A stretch of 64,000 nucleotides of DNA from Longimicrobiales bacterium (GCA_965203485.1 OZ241892.1:2912001-2976000); one strand, 5' to 3'; counted from the first letter of the stretch, positions 9,529 to 19,582 are shown. Notes: generated by a model not told the origin, from the letters alone. Program-made: numbers and translations.

Positions 9529-10524
9529 ATGCGCAACGAGGCGAAGCACGGCGAGAAGGACCGCATCTACAAGCGGTTCTACACGGACGCGGCCGTGGTG
9601 GAGGAGATCGTGCGCGACTTCGTCGGCGGTGCGTGGACGAAGGACCTGGACTTCAGCACGCTCGAGCGGCTACCGGCCGAAATGCTGGACCCCGTGCTTC
9701 CCGTCGTTCGGCGGGCCGACATGGTGTGGCGGGTTCGGTTCCGGGACCGCCCGCTGCACGTGGTTCTGCTGTTCGAGTTCCAGTCGGGGCCGGACCCGGA
9801 CATGGCGGTCCGGATCGTCGTCGAGACGGGCTTGTTCTACCGCGAGCTGGCGGAAACGCGCAAGAGGAATCCCGGCGTCGGAGCGCACATGGTTCTGCCC
9901 GTGGTGGTGAAGAGCTTCGAGGGCGAGTGGAAGGCGGCACGGAGCATGGCGGAATGGCTGGGCGGCGCCGTGCCCGAGGAGTTGGCGCAGTACGCGTCGG
10001 GGCGGCGCTACTTCCTGCTGGACGAGCCGGCGGAGGCGAAGAAGGCGCAGGGCGCCGGAGGCGTAGTGCGCGCCGGCCTCGCGTTGCGCTACGAGCGCCA
10101 TCCGGAGCGGCTGGCGGCGGCCCTGCAGGCACTGGACGAGCGGTTGCACGAGGCTTCGGTTGCGCGCAACGCGTTCGTGGCGTGGATACGGAGTCAGATG
10201 ATAGATTCGGGTGCGACGACGGCAGAAGCCGCGCACCTGGACACACTACGGGAGGCGGGCAAGATGTACGTGAATCGATTCCAGAAATCGTTCCGCGACG
10301 GCGTGGCGCAGGGCGTGGCGCAAGGCGTCGAGCAAGGCGTTGAGCAAGGCGTCAAGCAGGCCCAGGTCGACATGGCGCGGTGGAAGTTCGGCGATGAGAC
10401 GGCGGAGCGCCTCGCCGAGTTGCTCGAGGCCGTCTGCGACGCGGACCGGCCGTCTCGGATCGGACGGTTGCTGGTCGAGTGCGAGACGGGGGGCGAGCTG
10501 ATCGCGAAAGCCGCGAGGAGCTGA
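9529..10524 (+). CDS. Rpn/YhgA-like PD-(D/E)XK nuclease (Transposase_31-like)
   Basis: DRIYKRF, LDFSTLERL, RRADMVWRV, LLFEFQSGPDPDMAVR, VLPVVV, and C-terminal (GxxQ)n repeats followed by KFG. ATG at 9529 follows GAGG. Confidence 0.85.
   Translation: MRNEAKHGEKDRIYKRFYTDAAVVEEIVRDFVGGAWTKDLDFSTLERLPAEMLDPVLPVVRRADMVWRVRFRDRPLHVVLLFEFQSGPDPDMAVRIVVETGLFYRELAETRKRNPGVGAHMVLPVVVKSFEGEWKAARSMAEWLGGAVPEELAQYASGRRYFLLDEPAEAKKAQGAGGVVRAGLALRYERHPERLAAALQALDERLHEASVARNAFVAWIRSQMIDSGATTAEAAHLDTLREAGKMYVNRFQKSFRDGVAQGVAQGVEQGVEQGVKQAQVDMARWKFGDETAERLAELLEAVCDADRPSRIGRLLVECETGGELIAKAARS
10309..10359 (+). repeat. 12-nt tandem repeats encoding GVAQ/GVEQ in the Rpn C-terminus
   Basis: Protein GVAQGVAQGVEQGVEQGVKQ; DNA caaggcgt... 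units. Confidence 0.85.
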
Positions 10525-10838
10525 TCGGCCACGAACGGAAGTCGCCGGAGCATGGAACCCGGAACTCCCGCTCGCTGGAATGCCACGAGTTCCTCGACTG
10601 CGCGGAGCAACGGCGAAGGCGTAGCGATGCGCGAGGTTCAACACGGAGGGGCCCGGTTGTCGCGGAGGACCACTACCACATTCCGCCGCTCGAGTGGGCC
10701 GACTTGGTCGAAGTGCGCCGATTCGGCACCCGAAAGCACTAGTCCCCGCCACTCCCGGCGCCGCGCGTCCCAGGCCCGTGCCGTCGCCTCTTGAGCAAAT
10801 CCTCCGCGCGACTATTCGGCTCGCCGGGAAATAGCGAA

Positions 10839-12824
10839 ATGGAAGCCGACATCAAGCTCAACGACCACCAGCGCAAGGCCGTGGAGTGGGGGGAAGGCCC
10901 CCTGCTGGTTCTGGCTGGCCCCGGATCCGGGAAGACGCTCGTTCTAACGAGGCGTATCGGTCGGTTGATTCAAGAGAGTCCCCAAAGGCGCTTCGGGGTC
11001 CTCGGCCTGTCGTTCACGACGCAGGCCGCGGACGAGATGAGGGGGCGCGTGGCCCGGTTGCTCGGCCGCGAGGACCGCAGAGTTCGCGTGGCCACCTTTC
11101 ACTCCTTTGCCACGAGAGTGCTACGCCAACACGGCAGCCACCTGGGTCTGCGACCCAACTTTCGGGTGTTGTCCGATGCGGACCGGGTTGGATTGATAGT
11201 CAAGGCCAGCCGCGCTGAGGGCATCCGCAACGTCCCCGACAGCGACGACGGCCTGCGTCGTCTGATGCGGACGATCGACGATCTTTACCACGAGGGATGC
11301 GACTGGGAGGGATCCCTTGATCGGTTTCCCTTGCGTGGGGCGGCAAAGCAACGAACGGCTCCGATCTATTCGGCCTACGTAAGTTATCTGTTGCGCAACA
11401 ACTACATTGACTTTGGCGCCATTCTTGTATGCTGCATCCGTCTCTTCCAGAAGCATCCGCAAATTGCCGATTTCTATCGCCAAGTATTTCCATTTGTCTG
11501 CGTGGACGAATACCAAGACACCAATCGAGTCCAAGATCTGATCATTCGGAGCATCTATCCCAATCGGTCCAACTTGTTTGTGGTCGCGGACGACGACCAA
11601 ACGATCTTCCAGTGGAACGGCGCGGATGTCGGCCGCGTTTGGCAACTCGCGCAACACTACGCCATGGATGTAATTCAACTGCCGGAGAGCTATCGATGTC
11701 CATCCCGCGTTGTGCGCCTCGCCAACAAGCTGATTCGGCATGGGCCTCCACCGAAATCGACGAAAATGTTCGTTAAGGAGCCCATGGCGGCGTCGCCCGT
11801 GCACGACGAGACGGGGACTGTGGTCAAACAGCAGTTCGGGAATGAAGGCGACGAGACCGATTGGATAGCCCAAGACATTGTGGATCGGTCCCTGAATCCA
11901 AAAAGCTGCGTCGTCCTGGCACGGCGCAGAAAGCTGGTCGAAGCCGCCGCCGATGCGCTGGCCCGCGCCGGCCTGGATCCGTACCTCGGCAATCGCAAGG
12001 ACGAGTTCTCGTCTGCTCTCGTCGGGTTTGGCCATGCCGCGCTCAAGTTGGCGAGCGCACCTAATGACGGCGGACAGCTGGCGAGACTGTGCGACACGTT
12101 CGCGGCCCTCACTGGAGAACGGATTCGCGCGGGGGACGCAGAGGCCGAATCCAATTCCAGCGGCGGGGCCTTGCTGAACGGATTCGTCGACGCGGCCACG
12201 GTCGGAGCCGGCGAACCGGCAAGATCGATCCTGTGGCTGTTGCGGGAGCATCTCCTCGATGCCGTGGACTACCGGGCCTTCGTGCGTGCAACGTTTCGAT
12301 GGGAGCCCACCGAAGCGCGTTCGTTCAAACGGATTGCGGACGCGGAGGAGGAGGAAGAGGAGAAGCGCGTGTGGTGGGAGATCGAGCAAAAGGCCAGGTC
12401 GAAGCTAGGCACTGCGCCGACGCTCAGTCAGCTTCTAGAGGAATTCGAACTGCGCTCCAAGACTGCTCCGCCAAATCCTGGGCAAGTTCAGTGTCTGACG
12501 ATTCACGGTGCGAAGGGCAAGGAGTTCGAGCACGTCTACCTCATGGGGCTCGCGGAGGGCGAGTTGCCTTCGTACCACGCGACGCGAGGCGACGACGGCT
12601 CGATGGCGGGCCGTCGCGTCATGGACGAAGAACGCAGGAGTTGCTTCGTAGCGATCACCAGAGCCAGTTCCAGCGTCACCCTGACCCATGCAGATTCCTA
12701 CTTCGGTTGGCCAAGGAACCCCTCTCGGTTCTTGGTGGAAATGGAGCTGGTCGGCGGGGCCGAGGCGGCGACGCCAGACAAGGAGTCGGGTTTATCGGTG
12801 CAAGGCACGACGACAGGCCGGTAG
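10839..12824 (+). CDS. UvrD/Rep-family SF1 helicase, accessory type (~661 aa)
   Basis: LAGPGSGKT, TFHSF, VDEYQD, VADDDQTIFQWNGA, SYRC, TIHGAKGKEF, EERRSCFVAITRA. Visibly lower GC than the core genes. Confidence 0.9.
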   Translation: MEADIKLNDHQRKAVEWGEGPLLVLAGPGSGKTLVLTRRIGRLIQESPQRRFGVLGLSFTTQAADEMRGRVARLLGREDRRVRVATFHSFATRVLRQHGSHLGLRPNFRVLSDADRVGLIVKASRAEGIRNVPDSDDGLRRLMRTIDDLYHEGCDWEGSLDRFPLRGAAKQRTAPIYSAYVSYLLRNNYIDFGAILVCCIRLFQKHPQIADFYRQVFPFVCVDEYQDTNRVQDLIIRSIYPNRSNLFVVADDDQTIFQWNGADVGRVWQLAQHYAMDVIQLPESYRCPSRVVRLANKLIRHGPPPKSTKMFVKEPMAASPVHDETGTVVKQQFGNEGDETDWIAQDIVDRSLNPKSCVVLARRRKLVEAAADALARAGLDPYLGNRKDEFSSALVGFGHAALKLASAPNDGGQLARLCDTFAALTGERIRAGDAEAESNSSGGALLNGFVDAATVGAGEPARSILWLLREHLLDAVDYRAFVRATFRWEPTEARSFKRIADAEEEEEEKRVWWEIEQKARSKLGTAPTLSQLLEEFELRSKTAPPNPGQVQCLTIHGAKGKEFEHVYLMGLAEGELPSYHATRGDDGSMAGRRVMDEERRSCFVAITRASSSVTLTHADSYFGWPRNPSRFLVEMELVGGAEAATPDKESGLSVQGTTTGR

Positions 12825-12938
12825 AATACGAGCCATGGCGGGTACGTCCGCGTCTTCCGGCCGGTGCCGTTGCGTCCTCGATGCCCGTTGCGCGCTTTGG
12901 TCGGCGAACCGGATGGCCATAAGCGACTGCGGCGCGTC

Positions 12939-13013
12939 CTTATTCCGGCTTTCGTCGCCAATATGGAATAAGACATATCCTTATTCCGACTTTAGGCACG
13001 AAGTCTGAATAAG
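12939..13013. repeat. Double palindrome site A: two 34-bp units separated by 7 bp
   Basis: CTTATTCC-N18-GGAATAAG, then ACATATC, then CTTATTCCGACTT-TAGGCACG-AAGTCTGAATAAG. Confidence 0.85.
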
Positions 13014-13144
13014 CCGATCCATCGTCAAAGCAGGTGTTGGGCGGCTGGCAGGACCATCGGGCGATGCCGCCGTCGCCGAAAGGGCGGATGCGCGTTTCGT
13101 GCTTCGTGTCCTCTCGTCCTCTGCCCCCGATAACGCCTCTCGCC

Positions 13145-13174
13145 TTGCCATCGCTCGAGGTCCGCCAGTAGAAT
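13145..13174 (+). promoter_or_regulatory. Putative sigma70-type promoter for the DUF499 operon
   Basis: TTGCCA-N18-TAGAAT ending 75 nt upstream of the ATG at 13250. Confidence 0.45.
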
Positions 13175-13249
13175 CTCCCTCCCCCGTCCCCCATTTCGGC
13201 CAGCAAGCAAGCCTCGGCCGACCCTCTCCCCTCCTCCAAACCGCACCCA

Positions 13250-16200
13250 ATGGCAGTTCCGACCATCTTCGAGACCTGTCAGCCCAGGGACGACGTGCTG
13301 GCGGGCGTCGCCGACGCGGACTTCGCCGCCGACCTGGCGCAGGTCGTCACCAAGAGGGGCAGCGCGGAGTACCACGACCCGGTACGCTTCTTCGCCAACA
13401 CCTATCCCACGCGCGGGCTCAAGAACCTGCTGAGCAACGTGTGTCGGCGGCTGTCCGGGGTCGGCGGCGACGCGGCCTCGATCTTCCGCCTCGACACGTC
13501 CTACGGCGGGGGCAAGACGCACGGGCTCGTCGCGCTGGCCCACGCCGCTCGCGGGCTCGACGGCGTGGAGAACCCCGGCGAGTTCGTGGAGCCGGCCGTC
13601 CTCCCCGAGGAAGCCGTTCGCGTGGCGGCTTTCGACGGAGAGAACGCCGACCCCGCCAACGGCCGCAGCATGGGCGAGGGCCTGCTGGCCTACACTCCCT
13701 GGGGCGAGCTCGCGTATGCTCTGGGCGGCCATGCGGGCTACGAGCGGGTCCGCGAGAGCGACAGGCGCGGCATGGCCCCCGGCGCCGACACCTTGCGCGA
13801 GCTGTTCGACGGACGGCCCGCCCTGCTGTTGCTGGACGAGCTGTCGGTCTACCTGCGCAAGGTGCACGACGTCGAAGGTGCCCGCGACCAGTTGACCGCG
13901 TTCCTCACGTCGCTGTTCAAGGCCGTGGAAAGCACGCCGAACACCGCGCTCGTGTACACGCTGGCCGTCGGCAAGGGCGGGCAAGCCTCCGACGCCTACG
14001 CCGACGAGAACAGCTTCATCGCCGACCGGATGCAGGAGGCCGAGAAGGTCTCCGCCCGCAAGGCCACCCTGCTCAACCCGACCGAGCAGGACGAGACCGT
14101 CCACGTCCTGCGCAGACGCCTCTTCAAGTCCATCGACGAGAGCCGGGCCGCCGAAGTCGCGTCCGCCTACGCAGAACTGTGGAAGGCCCACAAGGACGCC
14201 CTGGCGCCCGACGCAACCCGGCCCGAGACCCGGCAGATGCTGGCCGACGGCTACCCCTTCCATCCCGAGGTCCTGGAGACCCTCACCGACAAGACCGCGA
14301 CGCTGGAGACCTTCCAGCGCGTCCGTGGAATGCTGCGGCTGCTCGCCCGCACGATCCGCCGCCTGTGGGACACCCGGCCAAGCGACGCCACCGCCGTCCA
14401 CCTCCACCACGTCGACCCGGGCCACGAGCCCATCCGCCAAGAGATCGTCACGCGCCTGGGCCAGTCCGCCTACGATCCCGCCATCAACGCCGACGTGTCC
14501 GCCGGCACGTCCGACAAGAAGTCGCTCGCCCAGCAGATCGACGGCGAACACCACCGCGGACTGCCCCCGTACGCGGAATACGCCGCCCGGACGATCTTCT
14601 TTCACACGCTGGCGTTCAACGAACCGCTCAAGGGCGTCGCGCCTGCGGAGCTGCGCTACTCGATAGTGGGCCCGGCGCTGGACATCAGCTTCGTGGAAGA
14701 GGCGCGCAAGAAGTTCGTCGCCGAGTCCGCCTATCTGGACGACCGGCCGGGCGCGCCGATGCGCTTCCTGGCGGAGGCCAACCTCACGCAGGTCGTCCGC
14801 CGCGAGGAGCGCAACGTGGACGCGGAGGACGTGCGGGCGCAACTCAACGACCGCATCCGACAGATCTTCGGGGGAGACACGCTGGAGGCCGTGTGCTTCC
14901 CCGGCGGTCCCCACGACGTTGCCGACGAGGCGGGCGAGAGCCGTCCCAAGCTGGTGCTGCTGTCGTACGACGCCGTGGCGCTTCATGGGACGGTCGACGG
15001 CGTTCCGGCCCTGATCGACCGAATCTACTCGCGCAAGGGCTCGGACGGCTCGGCGCTCCGACTGTTCCGCAACAATGTTGTATTCGTGGCGGCCGACGAG
15101 TCGCGCCGCGAGGAGATGCGGGCCAAGGTCCGGCGCCTGCTGGCGTTGCGGGAACTCAAGAAGCCGGAGCGGCTGGAAGACCTAGCGGAGCACCAGCAGG
15201 CCAAGGTGCAAGAGTGGGGGGAGCGCTCGGAAGCGGAGCTGGCCGTGTCGATTCAGCAGTGCTATCGCCACGTCTTCTACCCCTCGCGCAACAGGATCGG
15301 CGAAAGCATGGTCGAGCTGGCGCACACGGCCATCGACGTGCCCGCCTCTTCCGAAAGGCCGGGAGCCGGGCAACGGCAGATCGTCGCCGTGCTGCGAAAC
15401 CTGAACAAGCTGCGACTCGCCGACGACGCGCCCGACTCCGCGACTTACGTGCGGGACCGCACGCCGCTTCGCAAGGGAGAGATGACGACGCGCGCCCTCC
15501 GCAACGAGTTCAGTCGCGACCCCACCCTGCCCATTCTGGTGGGCGACGACACCTTCGTGCGCGGCGTCCGCGCCGGGGTCGAGCAGGGCGACTACGTGTA
15601 CCGGAGCGGGGACCTGCTCTACGGTCCGGGCGACCCGGCCGCGACGATTCGGATCGACGAGCAGTCGGTCGTGCTCACGATGGCCTACGCAAAGAACATG
15701 GGCGTGTGGCCCCGGCCGGGGGAGAAGCCGCAGGAGGCCGGCGAGGCAAAGGAGGCCCAGAGGCCCGAGGACCAGGACCCAGGGCGTGCTGGAGATCGAG
15801 CCCGCCGACCGGACGGCGCTCCGGAAGGCCGCGGCGAACCGTCGGCCGGTACGCTCGAGGTCGAGGCCCCCTTCCGGGAGGCGGTGGTCCGCGTGTGGGA
15901 GAAAGCACGCGACACGGGCTGGCGGAGGATCAAGAAGCTGGGCATCCGGGTGTTCGAGGCGGACGAGGCGCTCCGCGTCATGAGCGTCGTGGGCTCCCTG
16001 CCGGGCGCGGCCAAGACGGTCGCACTGGAGGGAGGCTACGAGACGCGCGACGGGGGCTCGCTGGAGTTGGAGTTCACCGGGCCGATCGAGGACGCCGATC
16101 CGGTGAAGGAGTTCCTCCAGTCCCAGATGCGAGCGGCGACGCGCACGAGCCTGACCGTCCGCTACGAGCTGACCTTCGAGGCCGGCTTGACCACCGACGA

Positions 16201-16288
16201 GGACGGCCCGAAGATGATCATCGAGCGGCTGTCCCGGTTCGTGAGCGGATCGACGGTCGTGTCGGCTACCGGAATGGAGGAGGGCTGA
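13250..16288 (+). CDS. DUF499-family AAA+ ATPase of a restriction-like (DUF499/DUF1156/SNF2) defence system
   Basis: CQPRDDV, FAADL, FFANTYPTRGL, LDTSYGGGKTH, TPWGEL, LLLDE, YPFHP, FQRVRGMLR. Confidence 0.9.
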   Translation: MAVPTIFETCQPRDDVLAGVADADFAADLAQVVTKRGSAEYHDPVRFFANTYPTRGLKNLLSNVCRRLSGVGGDAASIFRLDTSYGGGKTHGLVALAHAARGLDGVENPGEFVEPAVLPEEAVRVAAFDGENADPANGRSMGEGLLAYTPWGELAYALGGHAGYERVRESDRRGMAPGADTLRELFDGRPALLLLDELSVYLRKVHDVEGARDQLTAFLTSLFKAVESTPNTALVYTLAVGKGGQASDAYADENSFIADRMQEAEKVSARKATLLNPTEQDETVHVLRRRLFKSIDESRAAEVASAYAELWKAHKDALAPDATRPETRQMLADGYPFHPEVLETLTDKTATLETFQRVRGMLRLLARTIRRLWDTRPSDATAVHLHHVDPGHEPIRQEIVTRLGQSAYDPAINADVSAGTSDKKSLAQQIDGEHHRGLPPYAEYAARTIFFHTLAFNEPLKGVAPAELRYSIVGPALDISFVEEARKKFVAESAYLDDRPGAPMRFLAEANLTQVVRREERNVDAEDVRAQLNDRIRQIFGGDTLEAVCFPGGPHDVADEAGESRPKLVLLSYDAVALHGTVDGVPALIDRIYSRKGSDGSALRLFRNNVVFVAADESRREEMRAKVRRLLALRELKKPERLEDLAEHQQAKVQEWGERSEAELAVSIQQCYRHVFYPSRNRIGESMVELAHTAIDVPASSERPGAGQRQIVAVLRNLNKLRLADDAPDSATYVRDRTPLRKGEMTTRALRNEFSRDPTLPILVGDDTFVRGVRAGVEQGDYVYRSGDLLYGPGDPAATIRIDEQSVVLTMAYAKNMGVWPRPGEKPQEAGEAKEAQRPEDQDPGRAGDRARRPDGAPEGRGEPSAGTLEVEAPFREAVVRVWEKARDTGWRRIKKLGIRVFEADEALRVMSVVGSLPGAAKTVALEGGYETRDGGSLELEFTGPIEDADPVKEFLQSQMRAATRTSLTVRYELTFEAGLTTDEDGPKMIIERLSRFVSGSTVVSATGMEEG

Positions 16289-16289
16289 C

Positions 16290-16772
16290 GTGGCGAGACC
16301 AGACCGAACTTCCCCTACCGCTTTCCCCTTGTCCGCGCCCCAATACGAGCTTCGCGCAAGGAGCCGTGGACCGGGCCTCGCCGAGTACGAGATCTGGCAG
16401 CTTCCGGCGCCCGCCACGCCCCACGTGACCCGCTCCGTCCGGATCGCCGGGCTACGCGGCCGCAACCTGGACCTGGTCGAACACCGCGTCCTCCGTCGCT
16501 TGGCCCGCGGCGGCGTCAAGCTCCTCTCGCGGACGACCCGCGAACGCCGCGCCTACCCCCTCTCGGAGGACTTGGCCCTCTCGATTGGTCTGCTCTTCCG
16601 TTGCCTAGCGCCGATGCGGCACCGCGACCGAATGATCGCCGTTGCGGAGGGCGTGGACGCCATGGAGCGCGAAGAGGCCGGCTACTGGCTGGGCATGGCG
16701 ATGCATCGTCGGAACCCCAGGCGGGTGCTGATGGCATTGCGGTGCCTGCTGACGGAAGCGGCACGGAAGTAG
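16290..16772 (+). CDS. Small DUF3780-like accessory subunit of the DUF499 system
   Basis: Begins 1 nt after the DUF499 stop. C-terminal EEAGYWLG...RVLMALRCLL resembles the small subunit found in these operons. Confidence 0.65.
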   Translation: MARPDRTSPTAFPLSAPQYELRARSRGPGLAEYEIWQLPAPATPHVTRSVRIAGLRGRNLDLVEHRVLRRLARGGVKLLSRTTRERRAYPLSEDLALSIGLLFRCLAPMRHRDRMIAVAEGVDAMEREEAGYWLGMAMHRRNPRRVLMALRCLLTEAARK

Positions 16773-16803
16773 GGAGATGCGGGCGGACACAGCAGGCAAC
16801 ACA

Positions 16804-17394
16804 ATGACCACGTTGCCAGTTTCCACCGCCATTCGAATTGCGAACAGGGCCCGTAATCCAAGCACTGCTGGTACTGATGTATACCGGGTGCCCTTCCTGG
16901 ACGTGGGTCTCAGGATTCCCGATGAGTCGGACACGCCTTTCCGTACAGCTGCACCTCTTTTCTCCTCCGGTGCCCCGAAGGGATCCTCAACGCACCAGAA
17001 TATGAATAGCGAACGTATCCACTTGTCCCTGCCATTGCTTGATCCCGTGTTCCCGGTGAGCGGCACAAGCTTTGTGGCCTTGCAGGAATGGGAAGGCTAT
17101 GTCATCGCGATCAACGACGACGGCTTCGAGGCACGGCTATTGGACTTGACAGCCAGGGCAAAGCGCGAGGAAGAAGAAGCGACGATACCGTACAGCGAGA
17201 TTTCTGAGGAGGAACGAACCGAGATGCGCCTGGGCAACATTTTCCGTTGGACGATTGGGTATGAGTCGACTCCGAGTGGGACGAGGCGGAGGATATCGCA
17301 GATTGTCTTCCGGAATCTTCCCGTTGTGACGCAGAGGGATGCCGACGAGGCATGGGAATGGGCACTTGAGACTCGGCAGTTCCTCGGGCTTTGA
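16804..17394 (+). CDS. Hypothetical protein (ordered C-terminal domain EWEGYV...FRWTIGY...SQIVFR)
   Basis: Co-oriented lower-GC ORF with a protein-like C-terminal half. Start uncertain (16777, 16804 or ~17001). Confidence 0.7.
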   Translation: MTTLPVSTAIRIANRARNPSTAGTDVYRVPFLDVGLRIPDESDTPFRTAAPLFSSGAPKGSSTHQNMNSERIHLSLPLLDPVFPVSGTSFVALQEWEGYVIAINDDGFEARLLDLTARAKREEEEATIPYSEISEEERTEMRLGNIFRWTIGYESTPSGTRRRISQIVFRNLPVVTQRDADEAWEWALETRQFLGL

Positions 17395-17581
17395 CCGCCC
17401 TGCAGAAGCAACCGGCGGCCGACGTACTGGCGCTGTCGCTGATCGGGGCCGGAATGGGAGAGCGCTCGTCTTATGCTGTCCCTCACGAGACACGCATATG
17501 CGATTGCGGCTTCCCCGGCTTCACGCAGACGGGGCAAGAGACGACACGGACCTGTCGGTCGGGGAATTGGGCCGGCACATC

Positions 17582-18856
17582 ATGATCCGCCGAGTTCAGG
17601 CCCTGAACTATCGTTGCCTCCGGTACGTCGACCTGTCGCTGGACCGGTTCCACGTGCTGGTGGGACCCAACGCCAGCGGCAAGAGTACGCTGTTCGACGT
17701 GGTGGCATTCCTGGGCGAGATGATACGCGAGGGCGTTGGCGCAGCCATAGAACGGCGAACCGAGAACTTTCAAGACTTGATCTGGAATAGGCGGAAGGGC
17801 AACATGGGTTTCGAGCTGGCCGTCGAGTTCGAAGTGCCCGACAACATCAAGGAGCGGCTACCCCGGAAGAAGGGCTATCGCGTCTTCCGCTACGAGATAG
17901 CGATTCGGGAGTCCGACGACGGCTGGACAATCGATTCCGAGCGCGGGCTGTTGATGCCGGAACCCCATGGGCTTTGTTCCGCTTCCTCGCAGGTGTCTCT
18001 TTTTCCCGATCCGCCTTCACCGCCACGCACAATCTTGGCCGGAGGCGGCCGTCCCGGTCGCCGTACGATCTTGAGCAAGTCCCCCGAAGGAACGGACAGG
18101 TTCAATATTGAGACTTCGGACGATCCCGGCAAAGGTTGGGTTACGAGCATAGCTTTTGGCCCAAAGCGCTCGACGCTTCGCAACCTTCCCGAATCGCCGG
18201 ACAAGTTTCCCATGGCGTCCTACGCAAAAACTCTGCTTGGCGGTGGCATTGACCTCATGTTTCTCGACAGCAAGAAAATGCGTCTTCCGAGCTCTCCGCA
18301 CTCGAATCGCAAACGACTGTCTTCCGACGGCCACAACCTGCATCGGCTTATTCATGAATTGAAGACTGCGAACGAGGAAGTCTATCGAGAATGGCTTGAA
18401 CATGTCCAGACTGTCCTGGAAGACCTCGACGATGTTCGAATGGTGGACCAAGAATACGATCGCAGCGTCTACCTGACTCTCGTGTACGATACCGGCTTGG
18501 AAGTCCCGTCGTGGATGGTGTCGGACGGCACCCTGCGTTTTCTTGCGATGACGCTGATTCCGTACCTGTCACAGCAGGGACAAGTGTACTTGCTGGAAGA
18601 GCCGGAGAACGGGGTACATCCGCTGGCGCTGGACGCGGTGTATTCATCCCTGTCGTCGGCATACGAGTCTCAGGTATTGGTAGCCACGCATTCACCTTCC
18701 TTCCTGTCGTTGGCGTCTCCAGAGGACATTCTTTGTTTTGCGAAGAGCGAAGAGGGCGCAACCGATGTCGTCAAGGGCAACGACCATCCCATGCTCAGAG
18801 AATGGCAAGAGGGTGCCGACAACGGGTTGTTGTTTGCCAAAGGCGTGATCGGATGA
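17582..18856 (+). CDS. ABC/AAA_21-type ATPase, MAD3-like
   Basis: NYRCL, GPNASGKS, signature VSDGTLRF, Walker B LLEEPENGVHP, ATHSP. ATG at 17582. Confidence 0.85.
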   Translation: MIRRVQALNYRCLRYVDLSLDRFHVLVGPNASGKSTLFDVVAFLGEMIREGVGAAIERRTENFQDLIWNRRKGNMGFELAVEFEVPDNIKERLPRKKGYRVFRYEIAIRESDDGWTIDSERGLLMPEPHGLCSASSQVSLFPDPPSPPRTILAGGGRPGRRTILSKSPEGTDRFNIETSDDPGKGWVTSIAFGPKRSTLRNLPESPDKFPMASYAKTLLGGGIDLMFLDSKKMRLPSSPHSNRKRLSSDGHNLHRLIHELKTANEEVYREWLEHVQTVLEDLDDVRMVDQEYDRSVYLTLVYDTGLEVPSWMVSDGTLRFLAMTLIPYLSQQGQVYLLEEPENGVHPLALDAVYSSLSSAYESQVLVATHSPSFLSLASPEDILCFAKSEEGATDVVKGNDHPMLREWQEGADNGLLFAKGVIG

Positions 18857-19485
18857 CCGATCAGCCATGCTCGCGGGACTTGCTTGCCTTGGTTGCGGAC
18901 GCGGACATGCGGGAAGTCATGCGCGGTGTGCTGGGAAGGAGCGACGGAGTTGCGGCTGGTCGATTGGATTTCGACGTCCAGGTGCATCCCCAGAGAGACG
19001 GGGGATGCCGAACTGGAGCCGCAACGTATCTGCGCCCTTACCTCAATAGGTTTCGCTATTGCATGGTGGTCTTCGATAGGTACGGATGCGGCAGTCGCAA
19101 TTCGCGTGAAGACATCCAGCGATCTGTCGAAAGCGAGCTCGCCCGCAACGGTTGGGACGATCGAGCCAAGGTCATCGTCATCGAGCCGGAGCTCGAAGCG
19201 TGGATATGGGGCGACCTCAAGGCCGCATCCAGGCAGGTCGGTTGGCCGGGCGATCACACGGCGTTGCGCGAACGGCTGGCGGCCGAAGGCCATTGGCCAC
19301 GCGGTCAGGACAAGCCTGAGGACCCCAAACGGGCGATGAGGGAGGCGATGTCGCGTTCTCCTCTTCGACCCAGGCGTTCGGCCAGGGTCTTTCGCAAGAT
19401 TGCCGACTCTGCTCGGTTCGACGGCTGTCGCGATGCGGCGTTCAACGAACTCCGTGCTACGCTGGTGAAGTGGTTTTCCGGCTGA
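18853..19485 (+). CDS. MAD4-like / DUF4276-like TOPRIM-fold protein
   Basis: DLLALVAD, VHPQRDGGC, VVFDRYGCG, IEPELEAWIW, KPEDPK. ATGA overlap with the ATPase. Confidence 0.75.
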   Translation: MTDQPCSRDLLALVADADMREVMRGVLGRSDGVAAGRLDFDVQVHPQRDGGCRTGAATYLRPYLNRFRYCMVVFDRYGCGSRNSREDIQRSVESELARNGWDDRAKVIVIEPELEAWIWGDLKAASRQVGWPGDHTALRERLAAEGHWPRGQDKPEDPKRAMREAMSRSPLRPRRSARVFRKIADSARFDGCRDAAFNELRATLVKWFSG

Positions 19486-19582
19486 CGGCCGACTGGCGAG
19501 AATCCCAACTTCGGATTTCATGCCCCTGAAATGTCCATGCGACTGTCCCATCTGGCAAGGCGATAATGTCCCGACGCCGCTC

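Noticed and set aside
10525..10838. Short ORF ending EDHYHIPPLEWADLVEVRRFGTRKH
   Set aside because: No convincing start or recognisable family. Possibly gene debris, but unsupported.
12939..13013. Possible mini-CRISPR
   Set aside because: Only two units, each palindromic with an 18-nt variable core and a 7-nt gap, and no cas genes in the window.
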